DNA from: Klebsormidium nitens
Taxonomy: Eukaryota; Plantae; Klebsormidiophyceae
DNA: 64,000 bases
Direction of reading: 5' to 3'
NCBI GenBank assembly: GCA_000708835.1
Contig: DF237123.1
Span: forward strand, 97,444-161,443
Within the stretch, counting starts at the first letter, position 1. The number at the start of each line of letters is the position of its first letter. Below are positions 48,001 to 60,500 of this stretch, piece by piece. The notes beneath the pieces were generated by a model. That model was not told the DNA's origin, ran no database searches, and saw nothing but the letters and a program-made list of their open reading frames with translations. The translations under genes were made by a program, and so were the position numbers.

Positions 48001-51000
48001 ATTACCGTCCGCTATAGAGCGTCTTGTTGCTCCTTGATCAGCGTCTGTGTGTGCTCTTTTTAGTTGGAGCGAGAACTAAGCAGGTGTCATGGCTCACACT
48101 TGCATCTGCGTGCTTGGACCTCGTTTCTCGAACCTTTTTATCTCGGTAAGTGGTACAAGCTTCTGGTCCATTCACACAAACGCTTCTCGTGAATTTCAAA
48201 CGACGTTGTTTTGACACATCTTGATACTCTGCAGCAGTACAAACGGCGACAGCGGACTTGAATCCTTGTAGAAATAGTATTCATACGCTGGCCCTTCTTT
48301 CTCTTTGTTGCTTTGCTGACAGCACTTGCATCGTGTTCCGTTTGCAGGAATTGCGCTCGTCTTTAACGAACCTCCGGAAGCCCGGAAGCCCACGAGGCGA
48401 TGGCGGCTGTACGTGTTTAAAGGCGACGAGCCCTTAAAAGGTGAGCGCACGGCAACACTAGTGGGTTTCCGCTTCTCTAGGTACAGTAGGTCAAGCCTTT
48501 GACTTTCAGATACACTGCGACATTGGTGGCAGAGGTGACGAGCGTAGAGAGATGAAAAAGAGAGTGAAGAGGTTGTGCTCAAAGAAAGGTTAGTGGAGTC
48601 GAAGTTTTTGATCGTGAATGAGGCACGAGAAACGAACGACCCTGTCCATGCTTAAGCAACGGCGCCGCAGACCACAAGCTTAGATGTCCACAATTTCCAT
48701 GAAATGCCCAGATCCTGACTACTAGAGCCTGTCGTTAAATTCTACAACATTCCGTGTGCAGATCCGTTGTATATACACCGGCAGAGTTGCTATCTCTTCG
48801 GGCGGGAAAGAAAGGTGGGTTGGTTTCCTCCCCGTCAATGGAATGCAACTTTCTCTTGATTACCGGCTTCAATTTCGACTTGAACCCGCTTAAAAGACGA
48901 GAACGGCCCAAGAGTAGCGGTCCAAATGTTGCAAGTCATTTGAAAGCGACCTGCGTCGTGACCAAAGAGCATCTGGTGCTAGGAAGGTAGCTTCCACTGC
49001 TCATAAGACCTCTTCTCGAACGTGACTACGTGCCCCGTTTTGATTCGTATCAGGCAACAGTTGATGCGAAGGATCAACCCGTACTAGCTGGAGACCTTTC
49101 CAAGTAAACTCCCGGACTTTATGCTTGAACGTGATTCGTAGCCTAGATTTTAAGCTTCCGCAGGCGGAACACTTGATACGGAGACGTTGATGAGTGTTCG
49201 CGAATAGACTCTGTGAGCAAACTCCATTCGCTCAAAGACGAGAGCAGGAAAGCAGTAAAAGGATCCTAGAGCTTGAAGTCGATTCATAGAACCAAGCGTT
49301 CCTTTCGCTGATTGCAGATTGCCGACATCCCCACAGACCATCCTTCCTGCAGCAAGCAGCACGCGGTGATCCAATTCAGGTGAGCTGACGTCAGCATCGC
49401 CTCAGCTTCCAGGTTGAGCTTCGTCTTTGGCGATTCTGGTCGGCTGTCAATGGGCCGAGCATACACACCGGCAGCGCAAGCTCCAATTAGGTCCGAATTG
49501 AATCATGAACGCCCTTGCTAAAAGCGGAGGAGAATAGATGTAATCGAATATCGTTCATTATCGGCCCGAAAGGGCCCCAATTTAGAGGGCGAACAAGACC
49601 GGTCGTTTCCTGCCTCTGGCTTCACTGCGGCACGGATTGCCCCGAGTTTGTCGGCAAACCTTCGTCGTTCGCATTTAGGATTCAAGTGACGTGTTGCCAC
49701 CTCGAAGAGGACGTCGGGGTATCGTTCTCCGTTCGCAATTAGAGCAGTGCCGGCAAATTTAGGTTTGCCGCTTCAGCCAGACTCGAGACTTGAGCGTGAT
49801 CCTCCACGATATTTCTCTCACACCTAGTTCGGGAATGCTCCTTGAATCCTCACTCCCTCGAAAACCAGACAAGCTTCCGCTTTGCAGGCTGACCGAAAGA
49901 GAAGGCGCGGACGGCATGATGAAGAGCCTGGTCGTGCCGTACATCATGGACCTCGGCAGCACCAACGGGACGTATCTGAACGTGAGCATCTTCACACCAG
50001 CGTTTCTTCTTTCCAACTTGAGTCCCCAGACCAGCCTGTCTCAGTTCTAGACGGAGTGTGTGATTGTTACAACACCCCGAACTTCTCTGAGCATGTGGAC
50101 CCCCCCGCTTTCCTTCCCAACCGCCGCACTCTGGACCATTGTTCTTAGAGGCGAACCCTTTCGATCTCGGATCACGTAGGGTTGAATCCGGTCGGTTTTC
50201 CATTGGATACGTTCGGTCGGTCGGTTGGCAACTTTGGTAAAAGAGCGATCGACACAGTGCTGTTCTTGTCAGCTGCGCGAACGTCTATGGACCCGTCCCT
50301 TTTTAAACGCTAGGCCACAGCCCGACCGTCGCTCCAAGGAGATTGGGAGGACGGGTAAGATGGGTGTGCATCAGAACAGGACCGACGAAGGATGCCGACC
50401 TTTTAGAATGATTCAGAGATGCTGAATACCTCCTTTGTGCTGGATGCATCCTTATCAATTGCATGCCATGAGCAAATTGCTTGTCCCAAATCTGCGGCAA
50501 AAGGATTTGTTTGAAAGGCTTCCTTGAGCCGCAGTCTGGCAACACAAGTTGGGTACATGTTGACTTTGCTGGTAAGGAAATCCGCACCGTTTTTCTTGCA
50601 GGGAAAGCGAATAGAGGCTCAGCGATACCATGAGCTGCTGGAGAAAGACGCAATCAAGTTTGGGAACAGCACGTGAGCTCCGCCAGTCCCTCCTTCTGGG
50701 TTTGATTCGAGGGGCACGCTTTGAATTCTACTTAATACTCTCGAGCAGAGACTTTGGCTTCTTTGCATGAGCGAGTGCAGAGAGCGTCCGCTATTCTTGT
50801 GCATGCCACTCTCCTTTCAAAAGCTGAAAGACCATCTGTGAATCTGAACCTTGCGCTTGAGAGTTCGTGTTTGCAGCATGGTTGAGTGCTAAGTCGTACA
50901 TCGACCCTTTGTTCTCGCGGATTCCTATTTCAATGCCATCCCTGTAAATGCGTCTCCTCCTGACATTCAATTCGTTTGTGCAGGCGAGAGTACGTGCTTC

Positions 51001-51026
51001 TACACGAGAACTCTGCAGGACAATGA
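45075..51026 (+). CDS. DDL: FHA-domain protein DAWDLE/SNIP1 (Pml1). Exons 45075-45157, 45825-46068, 46502-46563, 47247-47334, 47878-47935, 48348-48440, 48762-48814, 49318-49379, 49888-49981, 50602-50672, 50984-51026
   Basis: RS/RE-rich N-terminus, then PDFGYSGKLAEETNKVNGIALVFNEPPEARKPTRRWRLYVFKGDEPL, LYIHRQSCYLFGRERKIADIPTDHPSCSKQHAVIQFR, VPYIMDLGSTNGTYLN, IEAQRYHELLEKDAIKFGNSTREYVLLHENS, the diagnostic SNIP1/DDL FHA sequence. Confidence 0.95.
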
Positions 51027-52268
51027 TAAGTCATGGGCCCTTCCTATTCTCTTCGTAAGCGTTTTGCTGCTTGCGTGGAGCGTTGCGATTTGGGTCTCTT
51101 TGCCATGCATACTTGCAGTGTTGTGGGAACAAGGGACCTTTCAGACCATTGACTTTGCAGCACATAAGTGCCACGAGTTCAATCCTTTCGTGGCAGGCAT
51201 GAGGTGTTGGCATGCCGGGTACGATTATGAAGCGATTGACGCATGAATATCCTTATGGTGTCGATGGTCCCACCGGTTTTGAGGAGCATTTGAGGCCTGT
51301 GCAGAATAGGGACAAAGCTTCATGTACATTGAATGGTTCATGACGGTTCACTTTCATGATCGTGCTGCCGAAATTGTCGAATAAATTGGCTGCGATCATG
51401 GTCCGGACGCCCTCAAGTTGTTAATTGGTTGCATGATAGTTGCCAAACTGCAAAGCTGCTGCTAACTTTATCTTGACTCATACATCAACATGCAATCATT
51501 GCACGAGTGTAGCTTTTCTTAACCGATCACGCGTGCGGATAAGGGTTTATTTAACAAGCAGCTGCGTGCCATCGCGGTTTGGCCCTCATCACTGCGAAAC
51601 ATCGATCAAACATTGATACTCACTAGCACCGCGCCACGACTGAGCGGCTAGCGGTCACATGCAGACAGAGCCTACCGCATGGCCGGCCGGCGCGGGCCAG
51701 TATACGGTATAGCTCTTCTGTCGGTGTGAGTGACATCGGCACCATCATGATCACATGTGCATTTGTAATTGCACATGAATGGAGCACTGCATTCTATAAA
51801 CTTAGGCGCATGCATAATACACACAATGCATATGTAGACGCGTAACGTGCACCCCAAACTCCTCGGGAAGTCCATCACAAATACAATTAAGTACCACCCT
51901 CGGAACGCAGACCATAAATGAAGCTTTGCTTCTCAAGAATTAAAAATTCCAGTTGAATGTTCCGTGATTCGTTGGTTGTATCAGGAAACATAGTGGTCAT
52001 AAACCTGCTTGCAGAGCAAAGCACTGCACTGAATCAAGTGATCCAATGCCAGCCCTTGAATCGATCTTAATCATACAACGAACAAATTCAAGGTCCTACC
52101 TGGCTTCTCGAACATGCACAATTCCCGCTATTGCCATCTTGACAAGCAAATCCATGACTACTTCCGTTTACCTGGTTCATGCAAGTCTTACCCCCGATCA
52201 ACAATCAACAAACGTGCGCAGCTAGAGGCTGGCCTTCTCTTCCTGCATTCTCAATCAAGCCTCCGTCG

Positions 52269-55200
52269 CTAGAGGTCGGCTGTATCAATCTCCGCCTCAT
52301 CTTTCCGCCAAGAGGGCACGTAAGTCCCCGGTTTCGAGCACTCCCCCGACTTTGATAACCCTACGCCCTCCCGCAGAAGCTCCGGCGAAAGCTCAAACTG
52401 CGAAGGCGCGTACACTCTCCTCTGGGCGGCCCCCGGCTTGCCCGGCGGGCCTGCTACCGCTCTCCCGGCAGAGTCCCCGGTAGGCTCCTCCGACTGCATC
52501 GTCGCTCGCACCGACCACTCACTGCTTTTCCCGTTCGTGCAGATAGTTTGAGACTCTCTCGCTCCAAAGAATGAACCGGGACTGGAGAACGGGCGCTCGA
52601 TCTTCGCGCCAGGCTCCTCATTCCGACCCAGGCTCTCCGTCCGGTCTAGCTCCCCCCAACTTCCGCCCGTCCTCACTCCGCCGCGTTCCGTTTCAAACCC
52701 GTCCGGAAGGTCATCAAACGGTTCCATCGAATCAACCACCCATGACGCGCCGGACTCGGTCAGTCCTGCCGCCGAGTCATAAGGGTCTTCGTAATCTACA
52801 CAGCGGCCCCTCTCGTTGAACTCTTCATCTTCCAGATCCAACAGTTTATCGGTCGCTTGCCGCCCGCTTTCGTTTCTGACAGTCACCCCGGTCTCGTTGC
52901 TCGAAGCCGGCCCCCCGACTGCCTTCCGTTCGGCTGTGTCACCCCCTGTCCCCTTCGTGGAAGCTCCCCCAGTCACCTCGTTTCTCCTTTCAGACGTCTC
53001 CCCATTCCGTCCCTCGCTTCGAACTCTTACGGTCGCCTTGCTGATCGAACTGGGTGGCACGATCTCCTCTTCGAAACCCAAAGGCTGCTGCAAATGGTCT
53101 CCCCATTGAGCGGCCGGCCCCTCCCTTTTGTCTCCGACGAGCACCCCCGCTGAGCTGACGTCACTGGCGCTCAAGCTGACGTCAGACCCGCGCCGAGTTC
53201 CGGCCCTGATTCCGTTCCTGAACCCGTTAGCCGGCCTCTCCTGCGTCTCGTTCCGCGCAAGAAGCATTCCTTCCGTTTGTTCCCCACCTTCGCGGCGCTC
53301 GGAAAGTTTCTCCTCTTTCGGAATCGCCCCCTTCCGATCTTCCAATCTCGTCTCTGCGCGGTCGGAAGCGATCGGCGGCCGCGCCCGCTCGGCGGTCTCT
53401 GCCACGTACAGGTCGTAGTTCCAGGCCCCGGCAAGGTCAGGCGCTTCGTACTCTGGGAGGTTGGGGGTTGTGGGCGTCGTCGGCGTTGTTCCCTCACATC
53501 CTGAGAGGTTTGGGGTTTTGGGCGTCGGTGTCTTCGCTTCCGGCCGCGGCGAAACCTGCTGGGGTTTGAGGGTTTGGGACAACAGGGGCCCGAAGTAGAG
53601 GTCCGGCATAGGCAGGTAGTTGCGGTGCCGGCAGATGAACAGCTCGTGGTCCCATTCGGTGTCAAACCGGGTTCGCGGCCGGTCGAAGAACTCGTCGGCT
53701 GCGGCCGCGCTCGGGAAGCGCACGCACGCGTGGCGGCCGACGGCCAAAACCTCGAGCTCCCACGCCGCGCCCGCGTAAGCCCGGACCTTCTCCCGCACGA
53801 GCGAGCACAGATCGCCCTCCGCGCGCAGCGCGCGCGCGTATGCGCAGCGCCGGGGTTCCCACGCCCTTACCGTGTCCTCGAGCGCGCGCACCGCTTCCAT
53901 TTCCGCGCGCGCGGGCGGCGCGGGCGCGCATTTCTGACGGGCCGGGATGCGGATCTTCTGGGGGATCCCCAGATGGTCTCGCAGGGTGCGGACGGACGCG
54001 ACGACGCGCAGCGGCGCGCGCGCACTCGCGTCCATGACGACCTGGGCCGGGAGTAGCGACGTCAGCTCGACGTAGGCGACAGTTTCGCCTGATCGCGCTT
54101 CCACTGAGGAGCGGATTCCTCGGACGTCCAAAACCCCCCGGGGTAAGGCGTCGAAGCCCGCGAAGAAGTCTCGGAATGCGCTCTGGACTCGGCTTTGAAC
54201 GATCTCCGGGGGCAATTGGGGCGGGATCTGAGTGACGAAGATTTCGGGGCCACAGCCGGCGGTTTTCCAGTCCTCTGCTTCGCTGACGACCGAAGCTTCG
54301 TCACTTTCCGGTGTGATTCTGTGGCCTGAGAGTGATTCCTTGCTCTTGAGCTGGGAAGCTGCCGGACGTGCGGAAGAGGGGCGCGATTGGCTCGTCACCC
54401 GAACCATTGAATCGTTTGAGTTTGTTGCGGCTGAGTCTTTGGCAAATCTCGGGAGAGGCTCGCTCTCGAGATGAGGGAATTGCGTCGTCGACAGAGTTGC
54501 CGAATCTTGGAAAGTCGTGGACGCAGATTCCGGCGTGTGCCTGATTGAAGCGGAAGGGCCTCCGCTGGATCGAGAAACCTGCAAAAGATGCAGCGAGGAA
54601 ACGGTTCAGACCCAGAAGATGACCATCTTCACAATGGACAAATGCTCGTTACATGTCTGGTAGATTCTCACAAGATGCTTCGTCAAGCTCAAGCTTAAAA
54701 TGGTCCAAATTGATTATCCATCCTTTACTTCAAGCTTCATGCGATGCAGCGTTTTGAAAAGTTTGTCATAAGCGGAAACCCTGAAATCTGCTCAAGGTTC
54801 AGTACATTGCAGACTTGACACCCGGTTGCACGAGGCAAGCTACCAGTCATGAAGATATACGAACGAGCCTGCACTCACGTGAAGAAAATGCTGAAAGCCC
54901 GTTTGAGATATAGCAAGCCCGTTCGCACAGAGTTTCTAACCGTCTTGTTCATCAGAGTCATACTCCACCAACATCCCTAGAAAGCATCGAGTAGAGTTGA
55001 AGCTCAAGAAGGCTGCGCATCGCAAAGAAACAGCGTACAGGCTTGAATCTGCTCGGAATGTGAGGAGGCCCCCAGGTCCTAAAATTTCAAAGGATCGCTT
55101 TCTTCTAGAAACTCATTGAAAGAATCAGACCCTTCAAGACATTCTTGGGAAGAGAATTAGAGAAGCATGCGACTTGAATTAACAATCTTCCTCTGCAGAG

Positions 55201-56097
55201 GTTACAAACCCTTCTTTGAGGACAAGCCTTATTCTCGGAAACCACGGAATCTGATGCAAATTTTGCATCCGGTACAAAGTCGAGTCAAGCTCTGATTACG
55301 ATCTTTGGCAGATCAATCTGCATCGTTTGGGAGGAGATTCGGGAGCACTCTGCATCGTTAAGAAGAGATTCACAAGGAGATTGATAGAAGCTTACCTGCT
55401 TGTTGGTCTTCTCATCTATAAGCACTTTCTGTCCTTCTCCCACTTTGCTTGCATCCGGCGACTTGACTGGAAGCTGCTCTTCCAATGCTGTCACTCTCAT
55501 GCAGAGCCTGCTGACTTCGTTCTTCAGCCATGTGTGTTCTGACCCAATCTCTTCCTTGACAGAAGGCCATCCTATAGCTGAAAAAGCTTCCGTTTTCTGC
55601 AGAAGAGAGCTCCTTCTTTCGTGAGTGACGAATGCGGATTGCTCTGGCTGAAACATTCTCTTGTAAGTTGATTCAGGCAGCAATCTGCGCGCGACGTCCA
55701 GGCACTCCGCTTGGAAGCCTTCCAACTCTTCAGAAAGGCATTGGAGCTTCCTCTCCTTCTGTCCGAAGACACAGATGACTTCAAACAAGGCCTGTCTGGT
55801 GGCATGCATGAGGTCAGCCACTCTGAGCAGCCATTCATGCTGGATGGCTGGATGGTTTCTAAGAGCCTGCTCGCTCTCAAAGCTGCGAAAGGTCTCTGTA
55901 AGCGCTGTGATGCTCCTGAAAAGCTTGCGGATCCGTTCCGTCTGGCAAGTGGAAGCAGCCAAGAGGTCCGCAGCGGCTCTCTCAGCAAGCGGAATGAGAA
56001 CCCCGACGCGTTCGAAGGAGGTGAAAGCTGGAGCTTCCAAGTAGGCTGGTTGTCTTCGATCATGCGCATCAAAGAATGGCCCCTGGACACTTTCCAT
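52269..56097 (-). CDS. Uncharacterised protein with an N-terminal coiled-coil and one or two RRM-like folds followed by a long acidic disordered tail. Exons 56097-55396 and 54578-52269 (intervening exons possible)
   Basis: Long open frames of 270 aa and 771 aa join at a phase-0 CAG|gtaagc donor and ttttgcag acceptor. EIFVTQIPPQL and TVAYVEL resemble RNP2/RNP1; RHACVRFPSAAAADEFF resembles a second RNP1 plus helix. Confidence 0.6.
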
Positions 56098-57592
56098 CTC
56101 TGATGCCAGGCGCAGGCACCCTCCTTCTGTAGTACCGGCCTACTGTCGCTTCAAGTTTCAATTCGCCTTCTCCCTAACATCCTCTTTCAAGATTATACCA
56201 ACTTTGCTAATGCATCTCTTCATGTGTGTGCGCCAATCCTGACCAGAAACTGTTGCGCAGCATGCACAAAAAGCTGCCCTCGAAGAAAACGAAGGGTTGT
56301 TTGGTGGCCAAGACAAAATGCGGGCCACTCCAACAAATGCTACGACCTACTTAGGCTGCTGACAAGAATCCCTCAGAAGGGGAAGCGCCTTGCCCTGATC
56401 GTCAAGCCTAGAAGTTCGAAGTTGTTCGACATTTGCCCCTTCGTCGAAATCTGCAACGTGGAATGAAGCGGCTCAGCAGTTCGATAAAATTACGAAAAGC
56501 TGCTTCCACGGCGCATCGTCGCTGCAAGTTCGACACTTAAGAGGCTGTCAGGAGCCCAGATCCGCTCCCCAAGGAGTGCCTCTTCTTGATATCATTAGGA
56601 CTTGTACTTCAGAAGCAGGTAAAACTTGGATTCGACTAGCTCCGAGACTGAATTTCATGCAGGTCGGACGCAGGTAAATGCGCAACTTAGTGAATCATAG
56701 TCTGGCCATGCCTGGCAATACCTATAACCGAGGTCAGAGATCGGAGAGCATGCTAAATCAAGATCGTCGTTGAGATCCACGATTGCCAAAAAACAGGACA
56801 TGCATCTGAACCGTCCATCCAGGTAACCGTCCATCCAGCTATCTATACATGGCTGTTGCATGTGAGCTAGACGAACAAGAGGCCGGGCGCGCCGGCGTAC
56901 GGTATACTTGCATGTTCAAGTTCGTAACTTAAGTTGCTGCATGTGTCGATCAGTGGATTAAGCATAAGGATTAGCACGACGGTGCATATGGCTCGCCCTG
57001 CCGTATACTAGTTTAATCTCAAGTGTGCCGGAAAGTAGGCCTCAGGGCAGCATGACGTTGCGCAAGCTGGTGTGCGCGCATGTATGTATGCTGCATGATC
57101 CACATGCATGTGCGATTAAGTTCGATAAGTCCGACATCAGATACAATGCAATGATGCGATCTAGCTTATACTGCAATAGCACAGGCGCTCTAGCCAGCCG
57201 TTGACACCGGGTATGTTCAGTTACGCAACGCCGATCCGAGCATGCATTGATTAAGTCTGATTATACTCGTACATGAAGTGACTATCAAAGCTTGCATTGC
57301 GTCGCGTACGCTGCTCGCAATGAGATGAGAATTTTTATAGAGTAGGTGAGGGCCGGGAGTTTTGGTCGTCACGTGCTGTAGCAAACTTGCGCTTGATTCA
57401 ACTTGGGAGGCGGCTTCAAACTACAAGGATTAAAGCACTTGGTACTGTTGAACAAAGTATAACGGTCGAAGTTTACGGTTCCTGTCTCAAGTCAATGATT
57501 AAGCGCTTCATCATCTGATTTGCAGCGAATACCTCGACGATCAGCAGACCTCGACCTACAGATTCTTAGATCTTCATTAGCGTGCTTAGAAG

Positions 57593-60500
57593 TTAGAGCA
57601 TATCATCGTCAAGATCATCGGCTATGGAATACTTCTGCCCGCCGTGCTCTCCTGCTGCTGTTGCAGCAAGAGCAATAACTGCAGTATTTGCTTGCTCACC
57701 CTGAACCTCGGCTAACTTCCTCGCCCTATCCGCTAGGTCATCCCAGTCCTGCGAGACTACAAACCCTCCTAGCACAATGGCTTGGAAGCTCTGCGAGAAG
57801 ACGAGTGCCCACCAGAACCCTTGAGCCTCCCAGTGCAAGACAAAAACTAGGGTTATCGCTAATGGAAGAGCAAGGATATAGTAGGTCACTAGGCCTAACC
57901 AAGCTATGATAGTCGGCCGCCCTGCCCCCTTCAGGATGCCCGACAATAGCGATTGCGGGGCGTTTCCGAGCTCGGTGATCCCCAGAATGACCAACAGTTT
58001 CGAGACGAGTGCTATGACTTCCTCGTCCTTCGTGAAGAACCGGCTGATCTTGTTGTGCAGCGTCTCGATGAGAGCGAACATGAGCAGCCCCGCGAGGACC
58101 CCGAACCCGACCGCCACCTTCGCCGCGGTCTTCGCGCCCTGCGGCCGCCCCGCCCCTAGTTCCTTCCCAACCCGCGCCGCGGCCGCGAAGGACAACGCTA
58201 GCGGAAGCATGAAGAACAGCGAGCTACAGTTCATGACCACACTCATGGACGCGACCGTAACATCAGGCCGCGCAAGATAGCCGGACATGATGATCATAGC
58301 CTCGTACGCCCACCACTCCTGACACGTGGCTATGCATGCCGGCAACGCTAGCCGTAACAACGGGCCCCACCCGCGGGGGTCGAGAGCCGACACGAACCAA
58401 CCCGCCCAGGCCTTCCGGTGCGGACCAGGGAAGCATTGCACGTAGATAAAGAGCGTGAGGACGAAGTTGAAGCTGGTGATCGTGTTGGCGATGGCCGCCC
58501 CCGGGGCGCCGAATTTGAGGTAGGTGACGAAGAGGTAGAGGAACGGGATGTGGCCGGAGAAGGCGAGCAGAGCGGCGGCGGCCATGGGGCGAGCGATGTG
58601 CTGGGAGCTGGAGAAGAAGAAAGTCCGATGGTAAGTGCTGGGGCGCAGATTTTTTTTTTTGCTTTGTATCCAGAACTGAGTGTAGCGATTATTGCGGGTC
58701 CGACTGGACAAAGTTTTTGGATGCGGAGGATATACTGGCAGTCCATATTTTCTCTGGGATTGAAAGGACGACAGAGATTGATGTGGGAAGGCGAAACTGG
58801 CAGGCGCAGTTTACCTGCAGGCATAGGTGCTCTGAGCACTCTGAAACCCTCCGTGACCTGGACTTACTAGACTCGTAGCCGTCTGAAGCTTTTATAGAAA
58901 GTCGAGATGCACACTGTGGCAAGAAAGCTTTGGGCAACGAGCCACTGCATACGCTTGCCGACCTTGCATGAGGGCTGCATAGACTGGCGGCTTTAGCAGG
59001 ACTTGCGGCAGAATAAGCTTTGTCTTTACGCCTAACAATGTTTAGACACAATAACAGAACCGCGTCCGATTTTCCAACTTCAACTTCAAGTAAGCCTGAG
59101 CTCGTTGATCGAAGCCGATTCGATGGCAATGCCAAAGCAGGCTATAATCCGCTCTCTGGACACTCGTATACAAGAAGTCTCTCCCGCTCCTTCGACAATA
59201 AAGGTAATCAGGACGAAAATGAACTCACCGGAGATACGACCTCAGCGGCTGCGCCCACGCCGCCAGGAACAGGTCGGCCGACAGGAACCGCAGATACGTC
59301 CCCGCCTTGTGCGCGAGCATCGGGTCTTGTCTCAGCAGCAGGAGCAGCGGTTCGAGGTTCAGCCAGAGCGCCAGGATGGGGAGGCACGTCACAGTCAGGA
59401 CGGCCCACCCCTGCTGGAGGGTCAGCCCGAGCGCGCCATACTCGCCCGCTCCGAAGGCCTGCGCGCACAGGGGGTCCATGCCGCCTGATAGGCCGAACAT
59501 CAGAGAGTACCTGCGGGTTAAAGACGGGTTTAGTAGTGGAGTAGCGGTGGTTATGAGTAAGAAAGTGGTTAAAGGGCTTAAGTGGAGAGTGGACAATACC
59601 CGCGCCGAAAGCCCTGCGAGCAGAGGGAGTCCATGCCGCCCCTAACAGGCCGAACATCAGAAAGTACCTGCGGATTGAAGACGGCTTTACTGGCGGAGTA
59701 GGGTACTTAAGAATAAGAGCGTAGTTAAAGGGCTTGGATGGAGAGTGGACGACACTTGCAGCCGCTAAACGTCCGCGTCGAAGGCCGGCAAGCAGAGTGT
59801 TCCCATGCCGCCGGAGAGGCCGAACATGAGAGAGTACCTGCGGATCAGGAGACGGCTTTGTGGTCGTTCGGGTGCGAACAGGCGATCAGACAAAGGCCGG
59901 AAAGTTACAGATGCTTGGATGCAGAGAGGACAATCCTCACAACTGCTGGTCGCCTGCGCCAAACGCTTGCGCTCAAGGTGTTTCCAGGCCGCCTGATAAG
60001 CCGAACATGAGAAACACCTGCGGGTTGGAAAGCGGATTCAAGATTATTAGAGGTATTTAATAGGTGGCAGTCAAAGGTTGGAGACGTGAAAATGGTTATG
60101 AAGTAGAGGTGGTTAGACGAAGCCTGACTGATGCTTTCTTGTGCCAGAGGCCAGCACGTAGAGAGACTCGAAGCCTTCTGAGAGGCCACATACCAAGGAA
60201 CTACCTGCCACTTGGAAGAGAGACAGGTGGTGTTGGAAGAAAGCGAGAAGGGGTTGACGAAGAGGGGTCCAAAATAGTCTGCGAATTGAGAAAGCCGTTA
60301 TTTCTACGAGAATGTTCAGGACGCTCCATATCTTGGTGGCAAGCCAGCTCCGATGGAGGCAGATTACTGCCGAAGCACATGCATGACTTGAATCGCTTTT
60401 AAAACTAACAAGCTTGACCGGCCATTAAGCAAATCAGGCAGGCGTGTCTCCATGCTTCGAAGCGGAGGGCCTAACAGAACCAAGCGGCGGCCGTCCTTTT

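Noticed and set aside
52571-54474. Multiple plus-strand and alternative-frame ORFs
   Set aside because: They are shadows of the long GC-rich minus-strand exon.
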